Assembly: GCF_903885465.1 (NCBI RefSeq)
Contig: NZ_CAISIQ010000288.1
Location: 1 to 61,403, forward strand
Origin: an uncultured Nevskia sp.
Lineage (GTDB): Bacteria; Pseudomonadota; Gammaproteobacteria; Nevskiales; Nevskiaceae
Reading direction: 5' to 3'
DNA: 61,403 bases
This document shows positions 1 to 9,728 of this stretch, one piece after another. The position numbers and the translations under genes are program-made. Within the stretch, counting starts at the first letter, position 1. Each line of letters opens with the position of its first letter. The notes beneath the pieces were generated by a model, which worked only from the letters and a program-made list of their open reading frames with translations, was not told the DNA's origin and searched no databases.

Positions 1-48
1 CTAGCGGAGCAGTAGCTGTGTAGCCAGCCACTTTCTCCTCGCGCTCCC

Positions 49-885
49 ATGAACCATCCCGACGCCAACGCCGCCATCCTGAACCTCGTCGCCGCCGATG
101 GCGCCCGCATCAGCATCCATCGCCACGGTGCGCATATCACCTCGTGGACGCCGGTCGATGGGCTCGAGCGGCTGTACCTCAGCGGCCTGACCGACTACCG
201 GCCGACGGCGGCGATCCGCGGCGGCATTCCGGTGATCTTTCCGCAGTTCGCCGCGGAAGGCCCGCTGCCGAAGCACGGCTTCGCGCGGACGGCGTCATGG
301 TCGTTCGTCGAGGCCGGACCGGTCGAGGGCGGCGGACTGTCGGTGCGCTTCCGGCTCGAAGACAGCGACCAGACCCGGGCAATCTGGCCGCAGGCCTTCG
401 TTGCCGAACTGCTGGCGACGATCGGTGGCGCGCAACTGTCGGTGAGCTTGTCGGTGCGCAATCGCGGCACCGCAGCCTTCTCGTTCACCGCCGCCTTGCA
501 CACCTATCTGGCGGGCGAGGATCTCGCCGCCGTGCGCGTGCTCGGCCTGCAAGGGCTGCGCTATCGCGATAGCGCAAATGGCAATGTCGTGCGCCTGGAA
601 GCGGGCGACCAAGTCGCCATCAATGGCGAAGTCGATCGCATCTATTTCGATGCACCGAACGAACTGTTGCTGAGCGAGCCGCGTGCCAGTCTGCGCATCA
701 GTCAGCAGGGCTTCTGCGACACCGTGGTCTGGAACCCGGGCGCGGCGAAAGGCGCAGCACTCAGCGATCTCGATCCGCAAGGCTACCGGCGGATGCTGTG
801 CATCGAAGCGGCGGTGGTCGGCTGCCCGGTGACCTTGGCCCCGGGCGCCACCTGGAGCGGCACCCAGACCTTCGACGCTGCCTAA
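49..885 (+). CDS. D-hexose-6-phosphate mutarotase / aldose 1-epimerase family (YeaD-like)
   Basis: Motifs GAHITSW, IRGGIPVIFPQF, HGFAR, ALHTY, VVWNPG, MLCIE. Confidence 0.9.
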   Translation: MNHPDANAAILNLVAADGARISIHRHGAHITSWTPVDGLERLYLSGLTDYRPTAAIRGGIPVIFPQFAAEGPLPKHGFARTASWSFVEAGPVEGGGLSVRFRLEDSDQTRAIWPQAFVAELLATIGGAQLSVSLSVRNRGTAAFSFTAALHTYLAGEDLAAVRVLGLQGLRYRDSANGNVVRLEAGDQVAINGEVDRIYFDAPNELLLSEPRASLRISQQGFCDTVVWNPGAAKGAALSDLDPQGYRRMLCIEAAVVGCPVTLAPGATWSGTQTFDAA

Positions 886-1919
886 CGCTTCTTCGAGCGC
901 CGCGTCGGGATCGGCGCGCTGGTGGCTTCCAGTCGCCGCTTCTGGGTGGCGGCCAGTTCGTCGCGCAGCTTGCGATAGTTGTCGAGCCGCTCCGGGGGCA
1001 GGCCGGCGACCACCGCGCAGCCCGGCTCGTTACCGTGGCTGCAGTCGCGGAAGCGACAGCTGTGCGCCAGTTCGGCGATGTCTTCGAACGCATCGGCGGT
1101 GACGTCTTCCTCACCGCCGAGCTTCAGCTCGCGCACGCCGGGTGTATCGATCAGACAGGCGCCTTGCGGCAGAGTGCGCAAGCTGCGAGACGTCGTCGTG
1201 TGGCGACCGCGATCGTCGTAGGCGCGTGTCGCGCCGGTGCGCTCCAATTCATTGCCCATCAGGCTGTTGACCAAGGTCGACTTGCCGACTCCGGATGAGC
1301 CGAGCAGCACCAGGGTCTGGCCCGCGGCCAGCCAAGGCGCCAGGGTCTGCTGGGCGCTGGCAATGCGGGCATCGAGCACGAACAACGGCGTTGCCGGCCC
1401 GGCCAGTGCCGCCACTTCGGCGCGCTGCGCCTCGATGTCGGTCGCCCGATCCGGCTTGGTCAGGATCACCACGGGCGCGACGTTCGCGGCGCGAACCATC
1501 AGCAGATAGCGTTCGAGGCGGTTCGGGCTGAAATCGTTGTCCAGCGCCATCACCAGCAGCGCGGTGTCGATGTTCGCGGCGATCCGCTGCACGCCGTTAT
1601 CGCCACGGCTGCGCAGCAGCAGGCTGGCGCGCGGCAGGTGCTCGTGGACATAGAGGCTGCCGCCTTCTTCGGCGATCAGCACCCAGTCGCCAACGGCCAG
1701 GCCATCACCGGTGAGTTCCAGGCGATCGAACAGCGCCGTCAGCGTCTTTGCCTTGTGGCCGCGCTGGCCATCGTGAACGACGAGATGGCCGCGATGCTGC
1801 TCGATGATTCGCGCCGGCCGGCCCTGCGGGTTGATGAGCGCGGCGAGGGCAGCGGCGCAATGCGCATTCCAGCCGATGGCGCGCAGCAGGTCTTCGTCGT
1901 TCAGCGGATTCAGGAGCAA
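882..1919 (-). CDS. rsgA: Ribosome small subunit-dependent GTPase A (RsgA family)
   Basis: Circularly permuted GTPase: TKPD, GSSGVGKST, GRHTTT, DTPG, and C-terminal CRFRDCSH..EPGC zinc finger; TTG start uncertain. Confidence 0.9.
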   Translation of the reverse strand: MLLNPLNDEDLLRAIGWNAHCAAALAALINPQGRPARIIEQHRGHLVVHDGQRGHKAKTLTALFDRLELTGDGLAVGDWVLIAEEGGSLYVHEHLPRASLLLRSRGDNGVQRIAANIDTALLVMALDNDFSPNRLERYLLMVRAANVAPVVILTKPDRATDIEAQRAEVAALAGPATPLFVLDARIASAQQTLAPWLAAGQTLVLLGSSGVGKSTLVNSLMGNELERTGATRAYDDRGRHTTTSRSLRTLPQGACLIDTPGVRELKLGGEEDVTADAFEDIAELAHSCRFRDCSHGNEPGCAVVAGLPPERLDNYRKLRDELAATQKRRLEATSAPIPTRRSKKR

Positions 1920-2016
1920 GACATCACGGGCGAGGGCAGGATGGTGGAAGTCGCTGGATGGTACGCAAAAAGCGTTTCGCTATGCTGCTGGCCCTGAACC
2001 CTTGCCCGCCGCAGCC

Positions 2017-2619
2017 ATGATCGACAAGCCGTACTCCCCCGCCTGCGAGCGCAACCGCGAGCCGATCCTCGCGGTGCTGCGCGAGCACTTCGCCGATCGC
2101 CGCCAGGTGCTGGAAATCGGCAGCGGCACGGGTCAGCACGCCGTGCATTTCGCGGCCTCGCTGCCGCAACTGAACTGGCAATGCGCAGACCGCGAGCCCT
2201 ACCTGCCAGGCATTCGCGCCTGGCTTGATGAAGCCGCGTTGCCGAACACGCCGGCACCACTGGCGCTGGACGTCAACGGCGCTTTTCCGGAGGCAGTGTT
2301 CGATGCGGTCTACAGCGCCAACACGCTGCACATCATGAGTGCGGCGGAAGTCGAGCGGCTGTTTGCGAAGCTGCCGGCGGTACTTGGCGAAGACGCAGTG
2401 CTGGCGATCTACGGCCCGTTCCGTTACGGCGGTCAGCACACCAGCGCCAGCAATGCCGCGTTCGACGCCAGCCTGCGCAGCTGCAACCCGGCCAGCGGTA
2501 TTCGAGACTTCGAGTGGGTTGATGCGCTGGCCTCGGCGATCGGCCTGCGGTTGGTCGAGGATCGCGCGATGCCGGCCAACAACCGTTGCCTGATCTGGCG
2601 GCGCGGAATGCAGCCATGA
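2017..2619 (+). CDS. DUF938 family SAM-dependent methyltransferase
   Basis: PACERNREPIL, VLEIGSGTGQH, ANTLHIM, YGPF, MPANN; ATG at 2017. Confidence 0.88.
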   Translation: MIDKPYSPACERNREPILAVLREHFADRRQVLEIGSGTGQHAVHFAASLPQLNWQCADREPYLPGIRAWLDEAALPNTPAPLALDVNGAFPEAVFDAVYSANTLHIMSAAEVERLFAKLPAVLGEDAVLAIYGPFRYGGQHTSASNAAFDASLRSCNPASGIRDFEWVDALASAIGLRLVEDRAMPANNRCLIWRRGMQP

Positions 2620-3005
2620 TCGGCGAAAGCGACGCCTGCCCCTGCGACAGCGGCCAGCATTACGGCGGCTGTTGCGGCCCGCTGCATGACGGCTTCGCCG
2701 CCGGGACCGCCGAAGCACTGATGCGCTCGCGCTACAGCGCCTATGTGCTGCTGCTCAAGGATTACCTGCTGGCGACCTGGCATCCGCGCACGCGGGCGGA
2801 GGACCTGAATCTGGCGACCACGCCACCGACCCGATGGCTGGGCCTGCAGATCCGCCAGCACCAGCAGACTGGCGACGACCGGGCGATCGTCGAATTCGTC
2901 GCCCGTTATCGCCTCGGCGGCGGCAGCGCCGTGCGCCTGCACGAAACCAGCCGTTTCATTCGCGAAGGCGGGCGCTGGTACTACCTGGATGGCGACGTGC
3001 GCTGA
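2616..3005 (+). CDS. YchJ family SEC-C motif protein
   Basis: CPCDSG..Y..CC, LMRSRYSAY, YLLATWHP, VEFVARY, HETSRF, WYYLDG; ATGA overlap with upstream stop. Confidence 0.9.
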   Translation: MIGESDACPCDSGQHYGGCCGPLHDGFAAGTAEALMRSRYSAYVLLLKDYLLATWHPRTRAEDLNLATTPPTRWLGLQIRQHQQTGDDRAIVEFVARYRLGGGSAVRLHETSRFIREGGRWYYLDGDVR

Positions 3006-3391
3006 GGCTCCGGCCGCGTGCTCCACCAGACGTTGGCGATCAAGGCGACCTGGATCACCAGACGCAGCGACAGCAGCCAGACCGGGAACTGCGGGAACAG
3101 CGTCGCCTGCTGCTGCAGCATCCAGACATTGGCCGGCGTCACCGCGACGATCAGCAGGATCAGCGCAACCCCGGCCAGCGGCCGCGTCTTCTCCGGGATC
3201 AGCTGTGCGGCGAGTGCCAGTTCCACCACGCCACTGAGATAGACGACCAGCAGCGGCTCCGGCACCCAGGGCGGCACGATCGAAGCGAAGAATCCGGCCG
3301 CGGCGAAGTGGCCGATGCCGCCAATGAAGAACCACAGGAAAGTGAAAATCAGGCCGGCGCGACGGGCGGGGCTGGCGGGAAGCTTGATCAT
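2981..3391 (-). CDS. DoxX-like membrane protein
   Basis: GIGHF, IVPPWVP, SGVVEL, TPANVWM pattern; four hydrophobic segments. Confidence 0.75.
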   Translation of the reverse strand: MIKLPASPARRAGLIFTFLWFFIGGIGHFAAAGFFASIVPPWVPEPLLVVYLSGVVELALAAQLIPEKTRPLAGVALILLIVAVTPANVWMLQQQATLFPQFPVWLLSLRLVIQVALIANVWWSTRPEPQRTSPSR

Positions 3392-3484
3392 TGCGGGCGA
3401 TTGGTCGATGAAGGGCTGGGTAGAAAATGGCGGGAGAGATTATAATTTCTGTATCAACATTCGTCGTCGATCAGGAGACCCGCC

Positions 3485-3715
3485 ATGTATGAATTGAAAG
3501 TCCGCGCCGTCGGTTCCTCGTCCGGCGTGCTGCTGCCGAAGGAGATGATGATCGAACTGGGACTGAAGCAGGGCGATTCGGTGTTCGCGACCAAGGCGCC
3601 AGATGGTTCGTTCCGGATCACGCCGTTCGATGAAGGCTTTGCCGAGCAGATGAAAGTGGCCGAGGAAGTCGCGAGTGATTACCGCGATGTTCTGAGGGCG
3701 CTGGCGAAGCGTTGA
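3485..3715 (+). CDS. AbrB/MazE/SpoVT family antitoxin
   Basis: KVRAVGSSSGVLLPKE, LKQGD, C-terminal YRDVLRALAK; RBS AGGAG; directly upstream of Doc toxin. Confidence 0.88.
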   Translation: MYELKVRAVGSSSGVLLPKEMMIELGLKQGDSVFATKAPDGSFRITPFDEGFAEQMKVAEEVASDYRDVLRALAKR

Positions 3716-3722
3716 AAGACGG

Positions 3723-4109
3723 ATGATCTTTCTCGAAAGAGCCGTGGTCATCGCCATGCACGATCACCAGCTGGCCGTGCACGGCGGCGCTGCGGGCATT
3801 CGTGATTCCGGCTTGCTCGACTCCGCGCTGGCACGGCCGCAGAACAAGTTTGCATATGGCGAGACCGACCCGCATCAGCTGGCAGCGGCCTACGCTTACG
3901 GTATTGCCCGCAACCATCCGTTCATCGATGCGAACAAGCGCACCGGCCTGTTTGCCGCGCTGCTGTTTATGCGGCTGAACCGCATCGCTATGCCGCTGCC
4001 ATCCCCGGAAATGGTCGAGCAGATGGTCCAACTCGCTGAAGGCCTACTCGATGAAGCCGGCTTCGCGACCTGGCTGGCCGCGCAGCCCGTGCGCACGGCT
4101 TCACGCTGA
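3723..4109 (+). CDS. doc: Type II toxin, death-on-curing (Doc/Fic) family
   Basis: GIRDSGLLDSALARP and Doc-type motif HPFIDANKRTG. Confidence 0.9.
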   Translation: MIFLERAVVIAMHDHQLAVHGGAAGIRDSGLLDSALARPQNKFAYGETDPHQLAAAYAYGIARNHPFIDANKRTGLFAALLFMRLNRIAMPLPSPEMVEQMVQLAEGLLDEAGFATWLAAQPVRTASR

Positions 4110-4135
4110 ACCCTCAATAACTGCCTGCCGATTCG

Positions 4136-5275
4136 ATGAATGACCTGATCTCCTACCTCAGCACGCTCGATCGCGTACTGGTCCGCAACCCTCTCAGCGA
4201 CTGGCTGGTAGCCGTGGCTGTGGCGCTGGCCATCGTGCTCGTGGTGTTTGCGGTGCAGCGGCTGCTGATCCGCTGGCTGTCGAACTGGCAGCGGCCGAAG
4301 GCGACCAAGATGGATCCGGCGCTGATCAACGCCGTCGAGTCGACCAAGCTCTGGCTGATCGTGTTCGTGGCGCTGTACTTCGGCAGCCAGTACCTGGAAC
4401 TCGGCAAGAAGACTGCGCTGATCCTCGATCGCATCGTCACCGCGGCGGTGCTGCTGCAGGTCGGTATGTGGCTGGGGGCGATGCTCGATTTCTGGGTGGC
4501 CGCTTCGCGGGTCCGCGCCGAGCAGCACGATGTCGGCACCGCTACCAGCCTGTCGGCGCTGAACTTCATCGGCAAGCTGCTGCTGTGGTTGGTGATGCTG
4601 CTGTTCATCCTCGACAACCTCGGCATCAATGTCACCGCGCTGGTCGCGAGTTTGGGCATCGGCGGCATCGCGGTGGCGCTGGCGGTGCAGAACATCCTGG
4701 GCGATCTGTTCGCGTCCCTGTCGATCGTCGTCGACAAACCCTTCGTCATTGGTGATGCGATGGCCGTCGACGGTTTTTCGGGCACCGTCGAACACGTGGG
4801 CTTGAAGACCACGCGCCTGCGCGCGGACACCGGCGAGCAGCTGATCTTCTCGAACAGCGATCTGCTCAAGGCGCGTCTGCGCAACTACAAGCGCATGCAT
4901 GAGCGTCGCGTGGTGATGACTGTCGATGTCGAGTTCGCCACACCGGTCGACGTCGTCGAAAAAATTCCCGGAATGCTGCGCGACATCGTCAGCAGTCAGC
5001 AGAAGACGCGTGTGGACCGTGCCCATCTGCGAGCACTGGTCGGCGGCGCCTATCAGTTCGAGCTGGTCTACTGGATGATCGATCCCGCCTACGGGCTGTA
5101 CATGGATACCCGCCAGCAAGTGCTGTTGACCATCGTCCGGCGCTTCGAGGCCGATGGCATCCGCTTTTCATTCCCGTACAGCGGCAGCAGCCGCGAGCTG
5201 CTGGCCGCCGTGGCCCAGCTTTCAGTCCAGACGACTCATCAACTTGGCAGCGAAGCACCGGAGGGCAAGCAATGA
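4136..5275 (+). CDS. MscS family mechanosensitive channel
   Basis: LGIGGIAVALAVQNILGDLFAS, DKPFVIGD, GTVEHVGLKTT. Confidence 0.92.
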   Translation: MNDLISYLSTLDRVLVRNPLSDWLVAVAVALAIVLVVFAVQRLLIRWLSNWQRPKATKMDPALINAVESTKLWLIVFVALYFGSQYLELGKKTALILDRIVTAAVLLQVGMWLGAMLDFWVAASRVRAEQHDVGTATSLSALNFIGKLLLWLVMLLFILDNLGINVTALVASLGIGGIAVALAVQNILGDLFASLSIVVDKPFVIGDAMAVDGFSGTVEHVGLKTTRLRADTGEQLIFSNSDLLKARLRNYKRMHERRVVMTVDVEFATPVDVVEKIPGMLRDIVSSQQKTRVDRAHLRALVGGAYQFELVYWMIDPAYGLYMDTRQQVLLTIVRRFEADGIRFSFPYSGSSRELLAAVAQLSVQTTHQLGSEAPEGKQ

Positions 5276-5943
5276 GCGAGCCTGCGAAGCCTGGGGCGCT
5301 GTTGAGTGGCGAGATCATTCCAGTGACGCCGTTCCAGCAGAACTGCTCGCTGATCTGGGATCCGCTGACCATGGAAGGCGCGCTGGTCGACGCCGGTGGT
5401 GAAGCCGAGCGCCTGCTGGCGAGAGTCGCCGCGCATGGCATCAAGCTGGTCAAGCTGCTGGTGACCCATGGTCATCTCGATCACGCCGGCTCGGTGGCCG
5501 AGATCGCTGAAAAGCTCAAGCTGCCGATCGAAGGCCCGCACCCGGACGATGCGTTCTGGATCGAAGGCATGCCGGACGCCGCCAGGCAGTACGGCTTCCC
5601 GCCGACGCGCAGCTTCGTGCCGGATCGCTGGCTGCAGCAGGGCGACACGGTGACGCTCGGCTCTCTGACCCTCGACGTGCTGCATTGCCCGGGTCACACG
5701 CCGGGCCATGTCGTGTTCCATCACCCGGCATCCAGGCTGGCGCTGGTCGGCGATGTGATCTTCCAGAACTCGATCGGCCGTACCGACTTTCCGCGTGGCA
5801 ATCACGCCGATCTGATCAAGGCGATTCGTACCCGCCTGTTCCCGCTCGGTGACGACACCCAGTTCGTGCCCGGCCACGGACCGATGTCGACCTTCGGCGC
5901 CGAGCGCAAGCAGAACCCCTATGTCGCCGATTCGATGTTCTGA
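5272..5943 (+). CDS. MBL-fold metallo-hydrolase (GloC/YcbL-like glyoxalase II)
   Basis: IPVTPFQQNC, THGHLDH, PGHTPGH, GDVIF..SIGRTD, PGHG. Confidence 0.9.
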   Translation: MSEPAKPGALLSGEIIPVTPFQQNCSLIWDPLTMEGALVDAGGEAERLLARVAAHGIKLVKLLVTHGHLDHAGSVAEIAEKLKLPIEGPHPDDAFWIEGMPDAARQYGFPPTRSFVPDRWLQQGDTVTLGSLTLDVLHCPGHTPGHVVFHHPASRLALVGDVIFQNSIGRTDFPRGNHADLIKAIRTRLFPLGDDTQFVPGHGPMSTFGAERKQNPYVADSMF

Positions 5944-6165
5944 GCGTGGCTAGCTGCAGCCGCAGCGGCGCCACTCATCCTTGCGTCGCGCCTAGGGTGA
6001 ACCACTATTCACGTCAATGACGCTTGGCCTCAATATGCTGAATTGCTGCAGCTTGCAGGGGGCGGCATGAAGCCTCAGAACCCGGTGATCGGCCCGCAGG
6101 CGACCCGCCTCCGGATTGCGTAATCTTCGCGCCAGCCAACCGTACTCGACCCCCACCGACCCGCC

Positions 6166-7548
6166 ATGTCCCGCTACTTCGCGCCGTCTGCCTTGCTCGC
6201 CACCGGTTGGAACGACCAGGTTCTGTTCGAGGTCGCCGACGACGGCCTGATCACCGCGATCACGCCGCGCGCCGCGGCCGCCGACGTCGGTGCTGCCGAG
6301 GTGCTCAACGGCGCCGTCGTGCCGGGCATGCCCTGCCTGCACTCGAATGCTTTCCAGCGCGGCATGGCCGGGCTCACCGAGAAGGGCGGGCCACAGGGCG
6401 ACAGCTTCTGGTCCTGGCGCAAGCTGATGTACCGCTTCCTCGAAGGCCTGCGGCCGGATGATGTCGAAGCGATCGCCACGCAGGTCTACATCGAGATGCT
6501 GCGCGCCGGCTACACCAGCGTTGCCGAGTTCCACTACCTGCATCACGACGCCGGCGGTCAGCCGTATGCGAATCGCGCCGAAGTCGGCGAGCGCCTGCTG
6601 GCGGCGGCGGACGCCACCGGCATCGCCCAGACCCTGCTGCCGGTGCTCTACGCGCACGACAATTTCGGCGGGACACCTCCCACCATCGGCCAACGCCGTT
6701 TCATCAATGACGCGGCCGGCTACGCGCAGATCGTCGAAGCGCTGATGAAAGCGGTGCAGGGCCATCCGGCGCAGCGCATCGGCATTGCGCCGCACAGCTT
6801 GCGGGCGGTGACGCCGGCGCAGCTCGCGGCGGCAGTCAGCCTCGCCGACAGTCTGCAGCCGGGCATGCCGATCCATCTGAATCTGGCCGCGCAGCTCAAG
6901 GAAGTGAACGACTGCCTGGCCTGGTCCGGCCAGCGTCCGGTGGCCTGGCTGCTTGATCACGTCGCCGTCGACGGTCGCTGGTGCCTGCTCCACGCCACCC
7001 ATACCGAAATCGTCGAAGCCGAACGCCTGGCGCGTACCGGCGTCGTCGCCGGTCTGTGCCCGACCACCGAAGGCGACCTCGGTGACGGCTTTTTCAACGC
7101 CGTGCCTTATCTTCGCGCGGGTGGCCGCATCGGTATCGGCAGCGATAGCCATGTCGGCGTCGATCCGTTCCTCGAACTGAAGCTGTTCGAGTACGGCCAG
7201 CGTCTGCGCTTCGAGCGCCGCAACGTGCTCGCCAAGGGCATCGGCGATTCGCTCGGCGGCCATCTTTACCGGATCACCGCCGCTGGCGGCGCACAGGCGA
7301 TCGGCCAGCCGGTCGGCAGTCTCGCGGTCGGCAACCGGGCCGACTGGCTGGTGCTCAACGATGACGATCCCGCACTTGCTGAACAGCGCCACGATGGACT
7401 GCTCGACGCGGCGATATTTGGCCCGGCGCGGCAGCCAGTGCGCGATGTCATGGTCGCCGGGCGCTGGGTAGTGCGCGACGGTCAGCACCCGCAGGCAGCG
7501 GCGAGCTTCGACCGCTACCGCGGTGTGATGAAACGGCTGCTTGCGTGA
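6166..7548 (+). CDS. hutF: Formimidoylglutamate deiminase homolog with degenerate metal site
   Basis: AFQRGMAGL, DSFWSWR, AEFHYLHH, HSLRAV, LCPTTE, GSDSH; HxH motif reads HSN. Confidence 0.85.
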   Translation: MSRYFAPSALLATGWNDQVLFEVADDGLITAITPRAAAADVGAAEVLNGAVVPGMPCLHSNAFQRGMAGLTEKGGPQGDSFWSWRKLMYRFLEGLRPDDVEAIATQVYIEMLRAGYTSVAEFHYLHHDAGGQPYANRAEVGERLLAAADATGIAQTLLPVLYAHDNFGGTPPTIGQRRFINDAAGYAQIVEALMKAVQGHPAQRIGIAPHSLRAVTPAQLAAAVSLADSLQPGMPIHLNLAAQLKEVNDCLAWSGQRPVAWLLDHVAVDGRWCLLHATHTEIVEAERLARTGVVAGLCPTTEGDLGDGFFNAVPYLRAGGRIGIGSDSHVGVDPFLELKLFEYGQRLRFERRNVLAKGIGDSLGGHLYRITAAGGAQAIGQPVGSLAVGNRADWLVLNDDDPALAEQRHDGLLDAAIFGPARQPVRDVMVAGRWVVRDGQHPQAAASFDRYRGVMKRLLA

Positions 7549-7549
7549 A

Positions 7550-8353
7550 ATGACCGCCCCGCTGCAACTGCTGATTCGCGGCCACTCGCCGCTGATCATC
7601 AATATTCCGCACGCGGGCACCAGCCTGCCACCCGGTTACGCGGAGCGGCTCAGCGACGCGGCCCGGCCTTTGCCGGATACCGATTGGCATCTGCCGTTCC
7701 TGTTCCATTTCGCCGTGTATTCGGGCGCCACCCTGATGGCGGCCACCCATTCACGCTATGTGGTCGATCTGAATCGTGATCCGGGCGGGGCCTCGCATTA
7801 CCCCGGCGTCGATCTGACCGGCCTGGTGGCCGACACCACCTTTTCCTATGACGACATCTATCGTCCGGGCTGCGCGCCGGATGCGGCGCAGATCGACGAT
7901 CGCCGCCAGCGTTACTGGGAGCCTTACCACGACACGCTGGCTGAGCAGATCGCCACCGTGCATGGCCGCCATGGCCACGCCGTCCTGCTCGACGCCCATT
8001 CGATGCGCGCCGAAGTGCCGCGTCTGTTCACCGGGCGCCTACCGGATCTGAATCTGGGCAGTTGCAGCGGCCGCAGCTGCGATCCTTCGCTGCGCCAGGC
8101 CGCGGTCGCCGCGCTGAGCGCCGATTCGGCCTATTCGCTCAGCGTCGACGGGATCGTCAAAGGCGGCTACAGCGCGCACAACTACGGCATTCCGCAGATG
8201 GGCCTGCACGCGCTGCATCTGGAGGTCGTCCAGGCCGCTTATCTCGACGAAGCCAACCCGCAGGACTGGAATCCGGCGCGTGCCGAGCCGCTGCAGGCGG
8301 TGCTGCGGCGGCTGGTCAACGCGCTGGTCAGCTGGCGGCCGATGCCGGGCTAG
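7550..8353 (+). CDS. hutG: N-formylglutamate deformylase/amidohydrolase
   Basis: IPHAGT, DTDWH, RYVVDLNR, YWEPYH, LLDAHS, LPDLNLG. Confidence 0.85.
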   Translation: MTAPLQLLIRGHSPLIINIPHAGTSLPPGYAERLSDAARPLPDTDWHLPFLFHFAVYSGATLMAATHSRYVVDLNRDPGGASHYPGVDLTGLVADTTFSYDDIYRPGCAPDAAQIDDRRQRYWEPYHDTLAEQIATVHGRHGHAVLLDAHSMRAEVPRLFTGRLPDLNLGSCSGRSCDPSLRQAAVAALSADSAYSLSVDGIVKGGYSAHNYGIPQMGLHALHLEVVQAAYLDEANPQDWNPARAEPLQAVLRRLVNALVSWRPMPG

Positions 8354-9228
8354 GCGGCCTCGGTCAAGGTGCCATCGTTGTAATCGCGAATCGCCTGCTC
8401 GATCTCCTCCCGGGTGTTCATCACGAACGGGCCGTACTGCACCACCGGCTCGCGGATCGGCTGACCGGCGATCAGCACCAGTCGCGCACCCTGGGCGCCG
8501 GCGACGATGGTCACCTGCTCGCCTTGTGTCAGCACGCCAGCCGCCTGCGCCGGCACCGCCTTCGCCGCCGCGCCTTCACCGATGCTCACGCTGCCTTCGT
8601 AGGTGTAGACGAAAGCGTTGTGGCCGGCGGCAATCGCCTGCTGATGACGCGCCCCGGCTGGCAGATCGAGATCGATGTACAGCGGATCGGTCGACAGCCG
8701 CTGCGTCGAGCCATTGATCGGCCCGTCAAGCGTCTGCGTGCCGATCTGCACCGAGCCGGCGATCACCTTGATGCTGCCGCCATCGGGCAGCGCCGCGAGC
8801 GGAATCTCGGCCGCCGGAATGTCGCGATACCAGGCTGGCTGCAGCTTGTCCTTGCCCGGCAGGTTGATCCACAGCTGGAAGCCGCGCATCCGGCCGCTTT
8901 CCTGCAAAGGCATTTCCGAATGGATCACGCCACGGCCGGCGCTCATCCACTGCACGCCGCCAGGGCCGAGATCACCGACATTGCCGAGATGATCGCGATG
9001 CTGCATGCGGCCATCGAGCATGTAGGTGACGGTCTGGAAGCCACGATGCGGATGGGACGGAAAGCCGGCGATGTAGTCGCCCGGGTTGTCGGTGCCGAAC
9101 TCGTCGAGCATCAGGAACGGGTCCAGATACAGGCCGCGCTGGGCGCCGATCGAGCGGCGCAGCTTGACCCCGGCGCCATCGCTGGTCGGGATCGACGGGA
9201 TCACGTGCTGCAGAGTGCGAGTGCTCAT
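8350..9228 (-). CDS. Pirin family protein
   Basis: DPFLMLDEF, HPHRGFQTVTY, QWMSAGRGVIHSE, YGPFVMN. Confidence 0.93.
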   Translation of the reverse strand: MSTRTLQHVIPSIPTSDGAGVKLRRSIGAQRGLYLDPFLMLDEFGTDNPGDYIAGFPSHPHRGFQTVTYMLDGRMQHRDHLGNVGDLGPGGVQWMSAGRGVIHSEMPLQESGRMRGFQLWINLPGKDKLQPAWYRDIPAAEIPLAALPDGGSIKVIAGSVQIGTQTLDGPINGSTQRLSTDPLYIDLDLPAGARHQQAIAAGHNAFVYTYEGSVSIGEGAAAKAVPAQAAGVLTQGEQVTIVAGAQGARLVLIAGQPIREPVVQYGPFVMNTREEIEQAIRDYNDGTLTEAA

Positions 9229-9261
9229 GGAAGTCTCCGGGATCGGGAAAGAATCTGGGGA

Positions 9262-9293
9262 GCGGCGCCATCGCCGATTGACGGTGGCGCCGC
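9262..9293. terminator. Intergenic GC-rich stem-loop
   Basis: GCGGCGCCATCG...CGGTGGCGCCGC inverted repeat between doxX and pirin genes; no U tract. Confidence 0.4.
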
Positions 9294-9309
9294 GATATCG
9301 CGTTGCGGC

Positions 9310-9696
9310 TCAGCCCTTGCGCTTCGCATCCAGGCTCAGGGCGCCCGGGCCGTTGGCGGCCAGGATCAGGAAGCCGCCGGCCACCGACACGTTCTTGAGG
9401 AACATGGTCATCTGCATCTGGTCGGCGAAGTTCGCGTGGAAGAGTGCTGCGGCGACGATCGAGAAACCGGCCAGCGCCAGCGCCACGAGGCGAGTCTGGA
9501 AGCCGACGATGATCGCCAGCGCGCCGCCGACTTCCAGCGCGATCACCAGCGGCAGCAGCGCGCCGGGCACGCCAGCCGAAGCCATGTAGGCGGCGGTGCC
9601 GGCATAGCCGGTGATCTTCGAAATGCCGGCCAGCAGAAACATCAGCGCCAGCAGGATGCGGCCGGCGAGTTCGACGGCAGGATAGGACTTGTTCAT
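9310..9696 (-). CDS. DoxX family protein
   Basis: GRILLALMFLLAGISKI, FLKNVSVAGGFL, GPGALSLD. Confidence 0.92.
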   Translation of the reverse strand: MNKSYPAVELAGRILLALMFLLAGISKITGYAGTAAYMASAGVPGALLPLVIALEVGGALAIIVGFQTRLVALALAGFSIVAAALFHANFADQMQMTMFLKNVSVAGGFLILAANGPGALSLDAKRKG

Positions 9697-9728
9697 GGTT
9701 TCGGGTGCTCGTTCGTGTCGGTTGAGAG

